Shown here: piece by piece, positions 11,261 through 24,768 of the stretch
Position numbering within the stretch: position 1 is the first letter of the stretch
Layout: each line of letters begins with the position of its first letter
NCBI GenBank assembly: GCA_964188305.1
Contig: OZ076892.1
Strand: one strand, 5' to 3'
DNA length: 64,000 nt
Source of the DNA: Podarcis bocagei
Taxonomy: Eukaryota
Position numbers and translations under genes: made by a program
The notes under the pieces: generated by a model
Database searches by the model: none
The model's input: the letters and a program-made list of their open reading frames with translations, nothing else
Told to the model about the DNA's origin: nothing

Positions 11261-13694
11261 TGCATTACTGCTTGCCAATAGGTTTGCCATCTGACCAAAA
11301 GAAGGACTGGCCTGGGCTGCCCTTGAGCCTATAACAAAAGTTTGAACTGCACAGGGTTTTCACAGCATGGAAATGATCATTGCTCCCTGCTAAAGTGTGA
11401 AAATCAATTGCTAAGGCAGAAGATCAGGAGCTGGCAAAAAGAGTTGGCAACCCAGGCAGGAAGTATGTTTCAGTCTGATTTTATGCTTTGGTTCTTTAAA
11501 AAATCCCTAACGGTGCACCACCACAGGAAGAAAAGAAAGTTTCAAAGCTCTTGACGAAACTAGGGGACGTTGTGCAGAAAGTAATTGGATTGGAAAATTC
11601 CAACCAGTATCTGTACAGTTCCCGATGATTAAATCACACAGAGAAAAGCAGTTTGCTTTTTTCTTTTCCATATCCCCTGACAAAACAAATGAGTTTTTGT
11701 GCATTCCTGGGGGTTTCTGGCTACTGTCTTCCATGAGCAAGCTTAGAAAACAGCCTTGTCACCTGCTGAATAATGAAGAGGAACTTCTTCTAGACCCTAG
11801 TGAACTTACCTGCTGTATCTGGATCTGAATTTCCATCAGCAGGCACAATTAAACAGAATAGTGCTCCTCTCCAGTGCTCCACTCGTGCCACATTTTTCAG
11901 AAAGCATCTCTCTGGCTTGCAAAGAAAGTGTACATGCATGTGTCAAGAGGAATCTCTATTAAAATCCCATCTCCCTCCTCTCCGTCTAATAATCTATCAC
12001 TGCCAGGATCCTGAAGTAATAATGACCAGGGGTATTGTTTGAAATCTAATTCTTTCTCCCCATCAGTCATCTGCTGATCACCTGATGCCCATCACCTGAT
12101 CTTCTAATCCAGAGATGAGATACCTAAGGCTCCAAGGGCTGATTGTGGCCCTCCATAGCCCCCAAAACTCCCCCCAGATCACACACCCTCACCAGATCTG
12201 CTTTGTAACCCCTTTGAGTGTGATTGGCTAGAACCTGTCCTTGAACTGCAGGACTCACCTTGACGGGCTAACACCAAAGGGACCAAGGGCTGCACTCACA
12301 TGAATTTGGCAAACAGCTGGTGGAAGGACCCTTGGTGAGAAGCAGGGGATTGAAGATCTCCCAGGATGAGAAAACAGGAGGGGAAATGAAAGGTCCCAGG
12401 TGAAAGCTGGGAGGGTCTGCCATTTCCACTGGTATGCAGCCCCCAGACGTTTGACATCCAAAAGATGCAGCTCTTGGGCTGAAAGGGGGGTTCCTCATCT
12501 ACCTCTGGTTTCAAATCACAATTAGTTGGCGAACTCAGAATCTACTGCAGGTGAGTCATGAGTGAAAATGGGCAAGAGCAGTGCCGCAATATCATCCTGG
12601 GATTCCCTTCCTGTACAAGGCACGTTGCTTCAAGATAACATCAGTTGGAAGAACCTTTGGCATCCCTGATCAGGGAAGGAAGCCTTGAATAGCAGAGTTG
12701 AATAAGGCTGCCTGTTTATTTGTGAATTTGAGAATACTATGAGCAACTCAATCAACTTCTCTGACAGAGGTTCTGTTCCATTCAGAAAGAGTAAGGAAGA
12801 GACCTCTCGACTGGCCCTTGTGAGCACTTCATCAACGCTGGCTGGCTGCTACACCTTTCGGTGGGATAGCACAAAGCACCACTACAAAAAGAGACATTTA
12901 TAAGTGGCATTCAAGGGAGAGAGGGAGAGAGCAAGAAACCAGAGGCAGGAGATTAAGAAAAGAAGAAGAAAAAACATTCTACAGAATATAGATGCACCTG
13001 TCTATTCCACACAGGAGCTGCAGAAAATCAAAGGAAGGGACATATAATAAAGAAAAAGAATAGAGACACACAGAGAATATAAGGAAGAGTGAAGAGAACT
13101 TTTAAAAATGGAGGGTGTCAGAGAAACACAATTCTAAACATGATCAGTCATTACGGAAAGAGAGTCCGCAAAGGAAATAAAGCAAAGGAAAGTAATTACC
13201 ATTGACATCTCCTGAACCATTACCCCCTCTCGCAATATTTCTTGGACTGGAGCTATTTATTTTGTGATTTTTGCTTTCCCCTCTCCTTTAAACAACAATT
13301 GTCTTTGTTCTGTGTTTAGGGTAGATGCAGAGCCTTTTATAAATCCCATTCATCTTCCACTGTCCATTCGTTTCCTAGTCTATTGCTTTCATTTTTCACG
13401 CTGCCTCTCATCCTCTCCATCATCCCCCCTTTCCCTAACTCCCCTCTAGGGGAGTTATGGTCACACCCATAAACTGGAGAGCAAAATATATTGACAAAAC
13501 ATGGGAAATGTAGGCATGCTTGCCCAGGCAAAATCTGAACAAGGGTGCAAAATGAGGAGGGAAGATCATTCTGACAGTACATTGCACTTCCCCTCCACAA
13601 AACATGAAAGAGTCTGGGAAAGCAGTTGCAACGCTTTAAACTATAGCCAATTTATGTACTGATTCAGTCAACAAACCTCAACAGTACCACATAC

Positions 13695-14250
13695 CGGGGA
13701 AATCACACCACCACTCTATTCTGCCTTGGTCAGACCCCACCTGAATTACTGTGTCCAGTTCTGGACATCTCAGTTTAAGAAGTGTATTGACAAGATGGAA
13801 GGTGTGCAGAGCAGGGCAAGCAAGATGATTGAGGGTTTGGAAACAAAGCTTTATGAGCAATGGTGGAGGTAGCTGGGCATGTTTAGCCTGGAGAAAAGAA
13901 GACTGATATGGTGATATGATAGCCCTTCAAATATCTAAAGGGCTGTCACATGGAAGATGGAGCAAACTTGTTTTCTGCTGCTCCAGGACAAAGAACCAAA
14001 ACCAATGGACAAGAAAGTAGATTCTTTCTAAACATTAGGAAGAAAGTTCTGGTGGGAAAAGATTGATGGCAGTGGAATGGACTACCATGGAAGTTGGTGG
14101 ATGCTCCTTTGTTGAATTTGAAGGTTTTTAAACAGAGGATGGATGGCCATCTGTCAGGGCTTCTTTAGCTGTGATTCCTGTGCTGCAGGGGGATTTGACT
14201 AGATTAGCTGTGTGGGGTCTCGTCCAACTCTACAATTCTATAATTCTATC
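13695..14250 (+). mobile_element. CR1 LINE 3' fragment
   Basis: CTCTATTCTGCCTTGGTCAGACC...TGTGTCCAGTTCTGG...AGCCTGGAGAAAAGAAGACTG...CCAACTCTACAATTCTAT; reverse-complement match to 7462-8000. Confidence 0.9.
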
Positions 14251-15059
14251 CATTTCTCTCATACTGTCCTCAAAATACCTTTTGTCAAACAAGTCTGCTT
14301 ATTCAAGAAAAGCAAACTGTCTTTGCATGCTATTTTCCACAACATTCTCTTTTCCTAGTTGTTACCCAACCACCTTAGTCATTTTTGCATGTACAGCATC
14401 CAAAGGGAAATCTCCATGGAGTTCATCATTTCCTTTATACAGAGAAAGTTTATTTCCCTAGCTGCCCAAATCTTATGTAGCAAGAAATGTGTCAGGAACT
14501 GTTAACTTTATAAACTAAAATCAGTGCTTCCTGCAAAATAGAGGAAAATAACACTCCCCACCCCGATCCCAAAGGAAAAGGAAGTAGGGCAAGAAGCCAC
14601 TTCCTCTGACACCACTGGCATTTGCCAGTGGAAAGGAGGAGTGGGCAGAGGCTATAAAAGACCTTCTTGACCCAATCCTCCTCTTTCATCAGAGATTGAC
14701 ACGGCATCCAGCCCTCCAGCCCTGTATGCAGTATAGGAGATTAGCTGGTCATCACAGTGGAGCCAAGTAGGATTTTGTTGTTGTTGTTCCTTCTGCAATT
14801 GGCTGGCAGAAGGGATTCCTCACCCCCACCCCTATTCCATATTGTAATGCAGTTAGCAGTGGGTGTGGCATGAGTTGAGTTGTGCTGAGGCACTTTCCAG
14901 GTGACTAACAATTCCAGAAACTTGCACACAGGGCTTTGTGACCTCATGGGGCAGGGTATGGACCATTTTTAAGGTGAACCTGTGACACTTCCAGTTATGC
15001 AGCTTGGAGAAGCATGAATCAGTAAAGGTGGAGTGGGGTGGAGATCTGGGATTAAACAC

Positions 15060-15897
15060 AGGATCATAGAACTATACAGGAATCTCTATTTAAGCATCCA
15101 TGACAGATGGCCATTCAACTTCTGCTTTAAGAACCTCCAATAAAGTAGAGCACTACCTTCTGAGGGAATCTGTTCCACTGTCAAACAGCTTTTACTATCA
15201 GAAAGCTCTTTCTGGTGTTTAGTCAGAATCTCCTTTTTTGTTACTTGAATCTACTGGTTAGGGTCCTACCCTCCAGGGCAGGAGAAAAGAAGCTTGCTCC
15301 ATCTTCCATGTTACAGCCCTTTAGATATCTGAAGATGGCCATCATATCTCCTCTCAGTCTCCTCTTACCCAGGCTAAACATACCCAGCTCCCTCAAATGT
15401 TCCTCACAAAGCTTGGTTTCCAAACCCTTATTCATCTTTGTCACCCTCCTCTACACACATTCCAGTTTGTCAATATTGTTCTTAAATTATGGTGCTCAGA
15501 ACTGGACACAGGTTTGATCTCACCAAGGCAGAATAGAGTGGTTCCATTACTTCTCTTGACCTGGATGCTAGACTTTTGTTGATGCAGCCTGGAATAGCAT
15601 TAGTTTTTTATCACTGCTGCATTGCTCTGTCAGCTCCAGTGTGGTGTAGTGGTTAAGAGCGGTGGAGTCATAATCTGGTGAACCGGGTTCGCGTCCCCGC
15701 TCCTCCACATGCAGCTGCTGGGTGACCTTGGGCTAATCACACTTCTCTGAAGTCTCTCAGCCTCACTCACCTCACAGAGTGTTTGTTGTGGGGGAGGAAA
15801 GGAAAAGGAGATTGTTAGCTGCTTTGAGACTCCTTAGGGTAGTGATAAAGCAGATATCCAATCCAAACTCTTCTTCTTCTTAGATCCTTTTCACATT
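15060..15897 (-). mobile_element. CR1 LINE 3' fragment interrupted by a Squam3 SINE
   Basis: ORF 15241-15444 [28 protein letters not shown]; CR1 resumes (TAGATCCTTTTCACAT) after the SINE. Confidence 0.9.
15633..15880 (+). mobile_element. Squam3-like SINE, near full length, (CTT)n tail
   Basis: CCAGTGTGGTGTAGTGGTTAAGAGC A box, GGTTCGCGTCCC B box, CORE GGGTGACCTTGGGCTA, L2-like 3' end, CTTCTTCTTCT tail. Confidence 0.9.
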
Positions 15898-17773
15898 AAG
15901 AGCAACTTTGCTCCCTGCAAGGTAGACCTGCACAGGCATGACAGGCTTAAGAAACTGAATTGGGATGTTTGCCTCACAGGGTCTAATTTCCATAATGCCA
16001 TTTAGAAGTTTTAATAAGCTCTTAAGTCTGATCTTGCTTAACTGCTTAAGTTGTAGTTGTTCCAGTGGTCCTAGTTTACCCCACAACCTTGTTTCCAATC
16101 TCCTAATGCAACTGGACTTCCTTTTACTTGAGAATGAATCCAGAGGGAGCTATTTTAGGTTTTGGCTGCTGATGCATGAACACTCCTTGGTTTGAAGAGT
16201 GGGTGCAAGATGGGCGTACAAGTGGTGTTAACAAGTGCCTATTTCTGGAATCCAGTTGAGCAAAACTGGTTTAGGAGAAATGGACTTTGTGTTACTTTTG
16301 GAATGGGCCACATAGCACCAGACAATGGCTCAATTGCATGTTTCACAAGCGTGTCTCCCACAACAGATCTGTAGTGGAGCTACCTGTCAGGACACATAAA
16401 ACAGAACCGCGTCAAAATAATTGTTTTCTGATTACATTATCAGAGGAAATGTTAAGGCCAGTTATACATGATTTAAGCCCCTCTACTCTTTGAACATTTT
16501 TGAAAATAGAAAGAAAGAGAGAAAGAAGGTTGAAATACAACTTTAATGGCCTCATAATTTTGGACTTTATCATTAAAATTAATGATATTCTTAATGTTCT
16601 ATGTACGCTGAGAGTCCTGATCAGTCTCTCCCCCACCCATATATCATTGCTATAGAACATTTTAATGGCTCTGATTTCCATCACTCGGAGATGGAGTCCT
16701 AAATATAGACAGAAAACATCTTCCATCAAAGCCAATCACCACTAACCCCTAAATTATTCAACCCCAGGGATTAAAAATACCTGATGTTGGAAAGGATCCC
16801 AAAAATGAAAGGATAAGGGGGAAATGGTGCTTGTCTCTTTCAAAAAATAAAAATGTTGGGAGCTTTAATTTTTGAAAATCCATTATGTTGAATTCCAGTT
16901 GATGAGCACAGCGTAAAAGAATACTTTTTTTAAAAAAGGCCAGATTCTTAAAAGTGTGTGCATTTATCAAACATATCAATCTTGATGCGATTGATTATAT
17001 GTACATTCATTTCAAGATTCCCTCCCCACACACAAAACACACACAATGAGGGGTAATCTGGTGAATGGGATGAATGTGACAACACCAGATAGCCAATCAG
17101 ATTTGCCTATCTAATGGAAAGTGAAGGCAGTTAAAAGTTAGAGGTGAGGACAAAGTAATGGAACAGGGAAACATTTTGCAGAAGAAGCATTTTAAAAAAG
17201 CAAACAAACAAGTTTTCAGTGGTGCTGCACATTTATGAAAAACCAAGTTGCTACCTACAAAATTCACTCTTTTCAACATATCATTAATTGCACTATTTAC
17301 CTGGATGTGTTGGAGGTTTTTGGTTCTTTTTTCTTTCTTTTTTTAAAAGCTCTGACCCCCCCCCCCCCCGCAAATGCCCTCACCATCCAGAACAGACAAC
17401 AGGCCAATCTCACGGACATGGGAACCACCATCCTACCTGAGCTCCAGAACATCACATAGCTCTGCAAATTGATTCAGGACAACCCGATTCACACTGTAGT
17501 GATTTGTATTTTCATCAACTCAATCAGGACAATGCACAAATCAGCCTGGATTGACCTGATTTTATTCAGGGTTTGACCAGTTTGGGTTCACAGTGCTAGT
17601 AATTGTGCATATAGATGCTTTATGGTTTTCTCTTTCCCTTTCTTCCTCTCCGGAGTTTTACCATACGCAAAGCCAAAATGGTGCCCTTCTCATGTTGTGA
17701 ACTACAGCACCTGTGATCCCTGAACATTAGCTATGCTGGCTTGGGCAGATTGGAATTGGAGTCCAACAACATA

Positions 17774-17950
17774 GGAGACCAGAGTTCAAATCCCCACTCA
17801 GCCATGAAACTCACTGGGTGGCCTTGGGCCAGTCATAGTCTCTCACAGGGCTGTGAGAATAAAATTGGGAGGAAGAGACCTATGTACATCACCATGAGAT
17901 CCCTAGAGGAAAGGTGAGGTAGAATCACAACAAATAAAAATAATAATATA
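17774..17950 (+). mobile_element. MIR/Ther1-like (Squam3A-type) SINE inserted in a short MITE
   Basis: GGAGACCAGAGTTCAAATCCCCACTCAGCCATGAAACTCACTGGGTG.CCTTGGGCCAGTCA, A-rich tail; MITE halves at ~17670-17772 and ~17955-17985. Confidence 0.8.
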
Positions 17951-18218
17951 TAAACTTATGGAGGATACCACATTGGTTCCCCTTTCAGTCAAAGAACATA
18001 ATAAAGGAAAGTCTCATTCCTCATTGGATGACATACTTATTCTATTTGATAAAAGATGGCTGTGATATGAATTCTTGTAGAGTATACATCTATGAGATTT
18101 AATATGGATAAGAAAAGACAAGAGGCATAAATATTGCAAAAAGAATAACGGCATTGTCAATACTTCCATTGGAATGGTGAGAAAAAAAGGAGGAGGGAAA
18201 TTAGCATCAAGTATGTTA

Positions 18219-18566
18219 TGCAGGTGGCGCTGTGGGTTAAACCACAGAGCCTAGGATTTGCCAGTCAGAAAGTCGGCAGTTCGAATTCCCACGAAGGGGT
18301 GAGCTCCATTGCTCAGTCCCTGCTCCTGCCAACCTAGCAGTTCGAAAGCATGTCAGAGTGCAAGTAGATAAATAGGTACCACTCCGGCGGGAAGGTAAAC
18401 GGCGTTTCCGTGTGCTGCTCTAGTTCACCAGAAGTGGCTTAGTCATGCTGGCCACATGACCTGGAAGCTGTAGGCCAGCTCCCTCGGCCAATAAAGTGAG
18501 ATGAGCACCACAACCCCAGAGTCGGCCACGAATGGACCTAATGGTCAGGGGTCACTTTACCTTTTT
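18219..18566 (+). mobile_element. Sauria (Squam1) SINE, short subtype
   Basis: GGTGGCGCTGTGGGTTAAACCACAGAGCC...GGACCTAATGGTCAGGGGTCACTTTACCTTT. Confidence 0.92.
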
Positions 18567-18734
18567 ATGCCTCTGAATGCCAGCTGCTGGGAATTGCAAA
18601 TGAGGTGAGTGCTATTACACTTTTGATGTGATCCAGGCATTGGCCTTTTGAGCCCTGGCTGCTGTTGAAGCAACATCTGAACTTTGCTTTTAAGGAATGT
18701 CCACCCAGCACTCTGAATGGAGCTGTGCAGGGTA

Positions 18735-18900
18735 CCATAGGAAGATAAGGGTCTCCAGATTCCCCTTACAAAACTACAATTTTCAGAGTGTTTAAGCAAT
18801 CAATCCCTCTTCCCAGGGAACTAAGGATGGTAATGCTCTGAGGGTAATATGGATCTCCAAACGACTCTCAGCACAACAAACTACAGTTTCCAGTAAATCC
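18735..18900. mobile_element. Fragment of palindromic lizard MITE
   Basis: CAATCAATCCCTCTTCCCAGGGAAC...GCTCTGAGGGTAAT...AAACTACAGTT; related copy at 21545-21720. Confidence 0.6.
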
Positions 18901-19011
18901 CTTGTCCTCTAGATCAGAAACCCTGGCATGGGGTGGGCTTCCCCTGTTTCCAGAAGACACGGCTTTTCATCTTCCCAAAGTGCTCTTTCATGCTTTGTCA
19001 TCTGAATAATT

Positions 19012-19036
19012 CACACACACACACACACACACACAC
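19012..19036. repeat. (AC)n microsatellite
   Basis: Direct reading. Confidence 0.95.
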
Positions 19037-19431
19037 AATACAACTCATTCACTTCATTCTTCAATCTGCACTGCTTACAGTAGCACTGTCTGCGAGGTTT
19101 TGTATTCTCCAGCCATGGATTTTTAACGACGGGCAGATGTCGGCTCTGGTTTGTGGAGAGAAGTTTGCAAGGAAATGCCAATAGAACTTGGCAGGGATTG
19201 CCAGTTCCCATACATCCCTTCCTCTTCCTGCAGCCTCTAAAAATAACACTTTTTCACACAGTTTGAAAAAAAGAGTTTGGGAGAGGCTTTCATTTACCTG
19301 GGAGGGGAAAAACAATGAACAGGCTGAAAGAGAGGTTTCAAGCAGGAGAGCGAGTGGGGAGAACAATTGTCCTCCAAGGACAATATCTGCCCTACTCTGG
19401 AGCTTGGAAGATGTATTCCTGCAAGGGATTT

Positions 19432-19463
<32 letters not shown>

Positions 19464-19684
19464 TTGAAATGAATCTATTCATGTGCCATCACTGTTGAAG
19501 TTAGGTCTGTTCCAATAACCATTCTCAAATTTCTCGAAAGCTTTCTTCCATCATGAAAGAGATTTCTGTTCTTTGGCATCATTCACAAGGCCCTCCAGAA
19601 CTTCTTTTAATTCCAGTGGGCATAGGCTTACATTTTCATTGTGAGGTGAAGGCAGTGGCCTGTCTGTTTTTCTTCTCATTGAAC

Positions 19685-20072
19685 CAGGAGTGGAGAAATC
19701 TCAGGCCCAGGAGTGGAATGTGGCCCTCTAGACCTTGCTATCTGAACCTTGGGATACTCCCCTGACTATATTTCCTTTCCAGCTACACACCTCCCTCAGG
19801 CCATGCCTCTCACTGACCCTATATCACAAGTACATGGAATGTGTTCCTATACTCTGATAAGGCATTTTCTTGCTAGGATGGATGTTGTGGATAGGTGAGA
19901 GAGAAGGGTGTGTGAGTGTGTGAGATAGAAGTGTCTTATACAAAGGTAACATTTGCATTCATTGTTCCACCCACTTCCTCCTCTGTCCTGGCCCACCATT
20001 GTCATGTGGCCCCCTGGCAGTTTGTTCAGGAGAGAATGTGGCCCTCAGCATTAAACTATTTCCCTGCTCCTG
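19685..20072. mobile_element. hAT-Charlie-like non-autonomous element
   Basis: Ends CAGGAGTGGAGAA / TTCCCTGCTCCTG with repeated subterminal TGTGGCCC motifs; TSD not clean. Confidence 0.6.
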
Positions 20073-21544
20073 TAACGAAGCATTTCCTCCATGCTTCCTG
20101 AACTGGAAAAAGCCCCACAAAGTTAATGACTTCTTGATGTCTTCACCTTGAGTTGAACTGAAGAGTGAGAAACTGGGGAACTAGCTACCAGGCACCTGAA
20201 ATTGGCACACTTCATTTAGTTTTTAAGGGATGTCCTTCCTATTTCCCTTCACACTTCTTTAAAAATAGTAAGAATTGGCCATTTTCAAGGGTACATTGGA
20301 CAGCTTCTCCAGCTTCCTGCAGTTACAGGAAACCCAAGTCAAGGTTGCGGTAGGGTTTTCAGGAAGTCTGTGCATCTGGGCAGACTGAATAATGCAACCA
20401 CTGGAGATATTATTTACAGAATGAAATAAAGGGCACTCAGAAATCTCATTGCTAGCACAAAAGTAATATGTTGTGGGAGTGGGTTTGCCACCAGCCCACC
20501 CACCTTAGGAAAAAGACCTGAGATGGTATGTCCCAGGGGGAGGAGGGTTGGGACATCCCATGCGTTTTTAAGCCCAGTGGGAATGAGTGTCTGCTCAGCT
20601 GTTTAAGCCAGCTCTACCCATAATACCTGCTTATTCTCTTTTGCAGCTCCACCCTTTTTATAAACAAAAAATAACATAACTTGGAACCAAGGTACCTAAA
20701 TCCTTGGTATAAGGCTGTCTCCTATGTCATGATGCTTTTTGTCGTGGGATGCAATAGCATGGATTCTATATGGAACCCACAGAGGTATTCAGGTTGAATT
20801 TCATTTCCTGAGAAGCAACAGTGGAATAAATTTAGGGTTGTCATGCCCTGGTTGTGGGCTTCCTGGAGGCATCTGATTGGCCCCTGTGAAGTAGCCTGCT
20901 GGGCTAGGCCAGCCAGTGGTGATCCATCTTCTTATTGCCTTCCGTATCAAAGGCAGAGCTCTGTATAACAATACACCTATTTAAAACAGAGAATAATGGC
21001 CAGGTAAGTAAAGACAAGTTGCTTTTCTTGCTTTTTGCAATAACATTCTGATTTATGGCTTATCAAATCTGACTCCCCCACCCCACCCTGCACACACTAC
21101 ACGTACCTCTTTGTGAAATGGAAGAGATTATCTCTTTAAAGCCATTTTCAAAACTCTCGCTCCCACATTCTGTTCAGAATTTATTGACGTTGTATCCCTG
21201 TATTTCAATTACTCTGCTGAGATGACTTACCCCAGTTTCTAAATTATTTAAAATGTGCTTTTCTATAAAGCTGCCACTATTCATTTAGTGCCGGGATACT
21301 GAAGCTCAAAGGGAACTTTGAGAACAGGCAAAAGAAAAAAAGAAATATTGAAAGGAGGGATATCCCAGTGCTAGATGGATTTGTTCCATTGTGTGATGTA
21401 GAGCTCAATATCTGTACTAGAGATGCTTCGAAGATTTTCTTCAGCCAGACTTTATGGGTCCAAATTGCCTAGTCCTCTTGTATCTAAGATGGCACTTCAG
21501 AATGGGGGAAAAATTTGCCATCCCATGCTGTGAAGTCTGGAGTG

Positions 21545-21720
21545 ATTTCCCTGGGAGGAGGGATTGATTGTTAAAGCTCTTGGGAATTGTAGTACTGTGA
21601 AGGGAATAAGGGTCTCCTACCAACTCTCAGCATCCCTAACAAACTACAGTTCCTGAGGTACTTTGGGAAGAAGCCATGATGGCTTAAATGAGAATGATAC
21701 TGCTTGAGATGCGAAAGGCA
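21545..21720. mobile_element. Fragment of palindromic lizard MITE
   Basis: CCCTGGGAGGAGGGATTGATTG...TGGGAATTGTAG...AAACTACAGTTCC...AAGCCATGA. Confidence 0.65.
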
Positions 21721-24671
21721 GGTGAGGCCTCATAAAAGTGTCCAGGCATTCCATCAGCTAGTGTTGAAGGCTCTGTTAATGAGAAGGAGTTGTTGTTTTT
21801 CCAATGAGGGAGGATAAAATTTCTCATTTTCCTCTCATCTTCCAATGTGGAGTTTATGTGGTTCCTAACCTTTGAAGGGGCAGCATCTTTGCCACACCCA
21901 GTCTTCCCTCAGAAGAAGGCTCTGGGGTGGTTTGGCCCAGGGGAGAAGTTGAGGAGACTCTTTTTGTGTAGCAGAGTCAGTTTGCTTTTGGGAGGTATGA
22001 GGCTATTTCAGCTGTCTACTCTCCAAACTCTCCATACTTCTCTTCCTCTGGTACATTCCACATTTTGAAAATAACCGTCATGTTGTATGTCCTTTGGGCA
22101 GTCTTCTCGCCTCCCTGTGCCTTCAGGAAAGCCCCATGAAGGACATCACAGGGTCTTTCAAGAAGTGTGGGCACCTAGGAAGGCTGCAGAATGTAGGCCA
22201 CCAGAGAGATTTGTAAAATGAAATGACACCCCACAGGACCCCTTAGTCACTTCAAACACATACAAACCCATGAGCATTTCACCAAGATTCTATCTTCTCA
22301 TTGGTAATTTAGAATGCAATTTTTTTTCTCATTAATTGCCAGAGAATGGTTGTGGTGGTAGAACAACCTTCTGGCACAACACTGCTGAGCACAGCCAATC
22401 AGGCATCACATTGTGAATAGGATACTATGTAATGCATTGGATTTAAACCATGCAATGATGTCCCTGAGAGCAATAAGCATAAATTTCAGGTAGGGGGTTT
22501 AAAAAAAAAATCACCAGGAAGGAGAGCCATTTTTCAATATTTATTAAAACTTTCCAGAAAAATACAGAAGAAAAAGCGATCTGCTGCCAAGATCATCCTC
22601 ATTGGAACCTCATATGAACCGTAAGTTGAGCTGCGCAGGCTTTTAAATATCCGAGTCTCCTTTCCCCACTCCAGGCCATGTGCCCTTCAACAAGTTCTTA
22701 TCTCACAGCCTTAGTTCCTCACCTATTAAACAGGTATAATAAAGATCTAACTTGCAAGGTTGTTCCAGAGATTGATGATAGATATTGCAAAACAACGTAA
22801 ATTAAAATATCCTATGGAGATAGATAATAATAGTTCTATTTATTTTATCCCACACAAAAGATAAACCATTATCTCTCCAATCCGTTGTACAGTTTGTCAT
22901 CTGGGGACATTGTCTGCCCTCTCTTTGAGGGTACATTTATATCAGAACTGAATTTTACCTTCTGAGAAACGAGCCCCATGACTCTTTATCTCGCAAGAAT
23001 ATCAGTGTCCTGTTTTATTTTCTTTCCCCTGATAAAAGCTAAGGAACACACAAAAGAACAGTGTTGTTGATCTAAGGGTGCCTCAGCTGAGCCAGGAGAT
23101 CTTTCAAATGGTTTCTGGATATGAAACCCAGCAGGTGGGGGAAGGTCATTTGTGTGATCCCCAGCAGCTGGATAATCTGCTTGCATTCACCTCCTCAGAT
23201 TGAAATCTTCCTGGGGGTCAAAACAGGAATTGAATTGGCTGACGGGTCAGACTGCATCACACAAGAAAGACTTTCTGAAGAGGGAAATCAGAGAGGAGCT
23301 CCATACGTCTCTTGCAGGCTTTTGGATCGGCCCACCCAACCTGTATAACATTCCACTTCAGTCATAGGTAAATGGTGGGATACTGTTAATGACCTCTCTG
23401 TCCTCTAAAAGTCTGGGCACCTGTGTTTTCTTTTTATTATTATTATTATTTTATTTCAGACAAACCATTCAAACAAACAAACCAATATGACACAAAACAT
23501 TCCAAAGATCACTTTGTGAAAGTAAACCCATGCATCCTCACTACACATTTTGGAAAGAATATGTATCTCTAAATGCCAAACATATAGAATCAATTGCAAC
23601 AACAGATTTGGTTCCCCTTTTTTGAATATATTAACAGGGAGGGATCTTCCCATGCCAGTCCAGCTTCTCATTCTTCATTTTGGTTGGGGTATTTAAATAT
23701 CATCTGATATTCAGTGAAGTACAATTGTAATTTGGTATACTGTTTTGCTATTTTTATTTCATTCCACAACTCTGTATTACTGTATTCCCCCCCTCTGTTT
23801 CTTTACTCTTTCTTCTTTGCCTGCACACATGCAACAAAAAAGGCAATAAAAATGTTTTTAAAATCGATTTTTAAAAAAGATTTGTGACGTTAACAACGAC
23901 CTTCTTTAAATCTGAGAGAGTTGGTGGCATGATATCTAAACAAAGAAAATCCAGAATACTTAGAGAAAGTTCGGGATAACATACCTTTCCCAAAAGAAAG
24001 GGGGGTCTGGGTTCTTTTAGTGATGAATTAATGAAAGAAGTGGTATCTCTGTTAATGTTGCTTCTTACTACTCTGCAGTGTTGTGTTAGCTTGTCGACAA
24101 GTGCAGTCTTCCAAACCCTATCATGCCAGTTTTGCATAGTTAACAAACAACTTTGATTTTTTAAAATAAATTCACTGCTACCTGGGATGTGTGTGGGGTG
24201 TGTGTATGCTTCCCTCATAGAATTAATGCAAACATGTACAATTGAAACTCAATTTTTATGTGTGCATTAAAAAAACAACCCCACAGAAAATGGGACAGAA
24301 TATACAACAAAATGCACGTGAGACTGATGTGGAAAAGATGTCCATCCTTATCTCAGATGCTGATGGAATTTCAAAAGAGAGAGAAGTCACGACCTCCAAG
24401 CTCAACCATCATGCAGTCTGTGTATTCAAACAGATTTTGGTGCTGACTCAGGGCCAAAAAGGTCCTGATCTGCTGCTGACAAATGAACATAGAATCAGCC
24501 TTCAGCCTGCAATAATAGCTGAGTTGAAATCTTATGCCCTGATGGTGGTGGTATTATTGGAGAAATCCATAAGTGACAGATGGTTGAAGAGAGAGTGATT
24601 TTGAATGAAGCAGTAGAGGTGAATGGAGAGGAAGGAAGGACAGAAGGAAGGAAGATACACTGACTGGTTGG

Positions 24672-24768
24672 TTTGCGTAAGACACTCATTTAGGTACTTG
24701 GGTCCAGTGCTGTTTAGGGATTTATACACTAGAAATAACATTTGAACTGGAGGCCAGTAGCTCACTGC
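24672..24768 (-). mobile_element. Old L2 ORF2 fragment
   Basis: ORF 24532-24765 begins WPPVQMLFLVYKSLNSTGPKYLNECL, matching the L2 motif L.YK.L...GP.YL...L. Confidence 0.6.

Noticed and set aside
11810-11911. Minus-strand 102-nt exon candidate (CAG|GTAAGT donor, open frame RCFLKNVARVEHWRG...)
   Set aside because: Weak acceptor, unrecognised peptide, and no partner exons; such matches are expected by chance in 64 kb.
12910-13200. Purine-rich tract
   Set aside because: Low-complexity A/G-rich sequence with no periodicity or coding signal.
20470-20770. Additional LTR-like segments (also ~32400-32620, 36210-36560, 46300-46690, 46990-47330)
   Set aside because: Only partial TATA/poly(A) cues; no ends or TSDs could be defined.
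23430-23880. Possible back-to-back L1/Tx1 3' ends (similar W.PF remnant at ~63380-63470)
   Set aside because: Too degraded to assign by eye.
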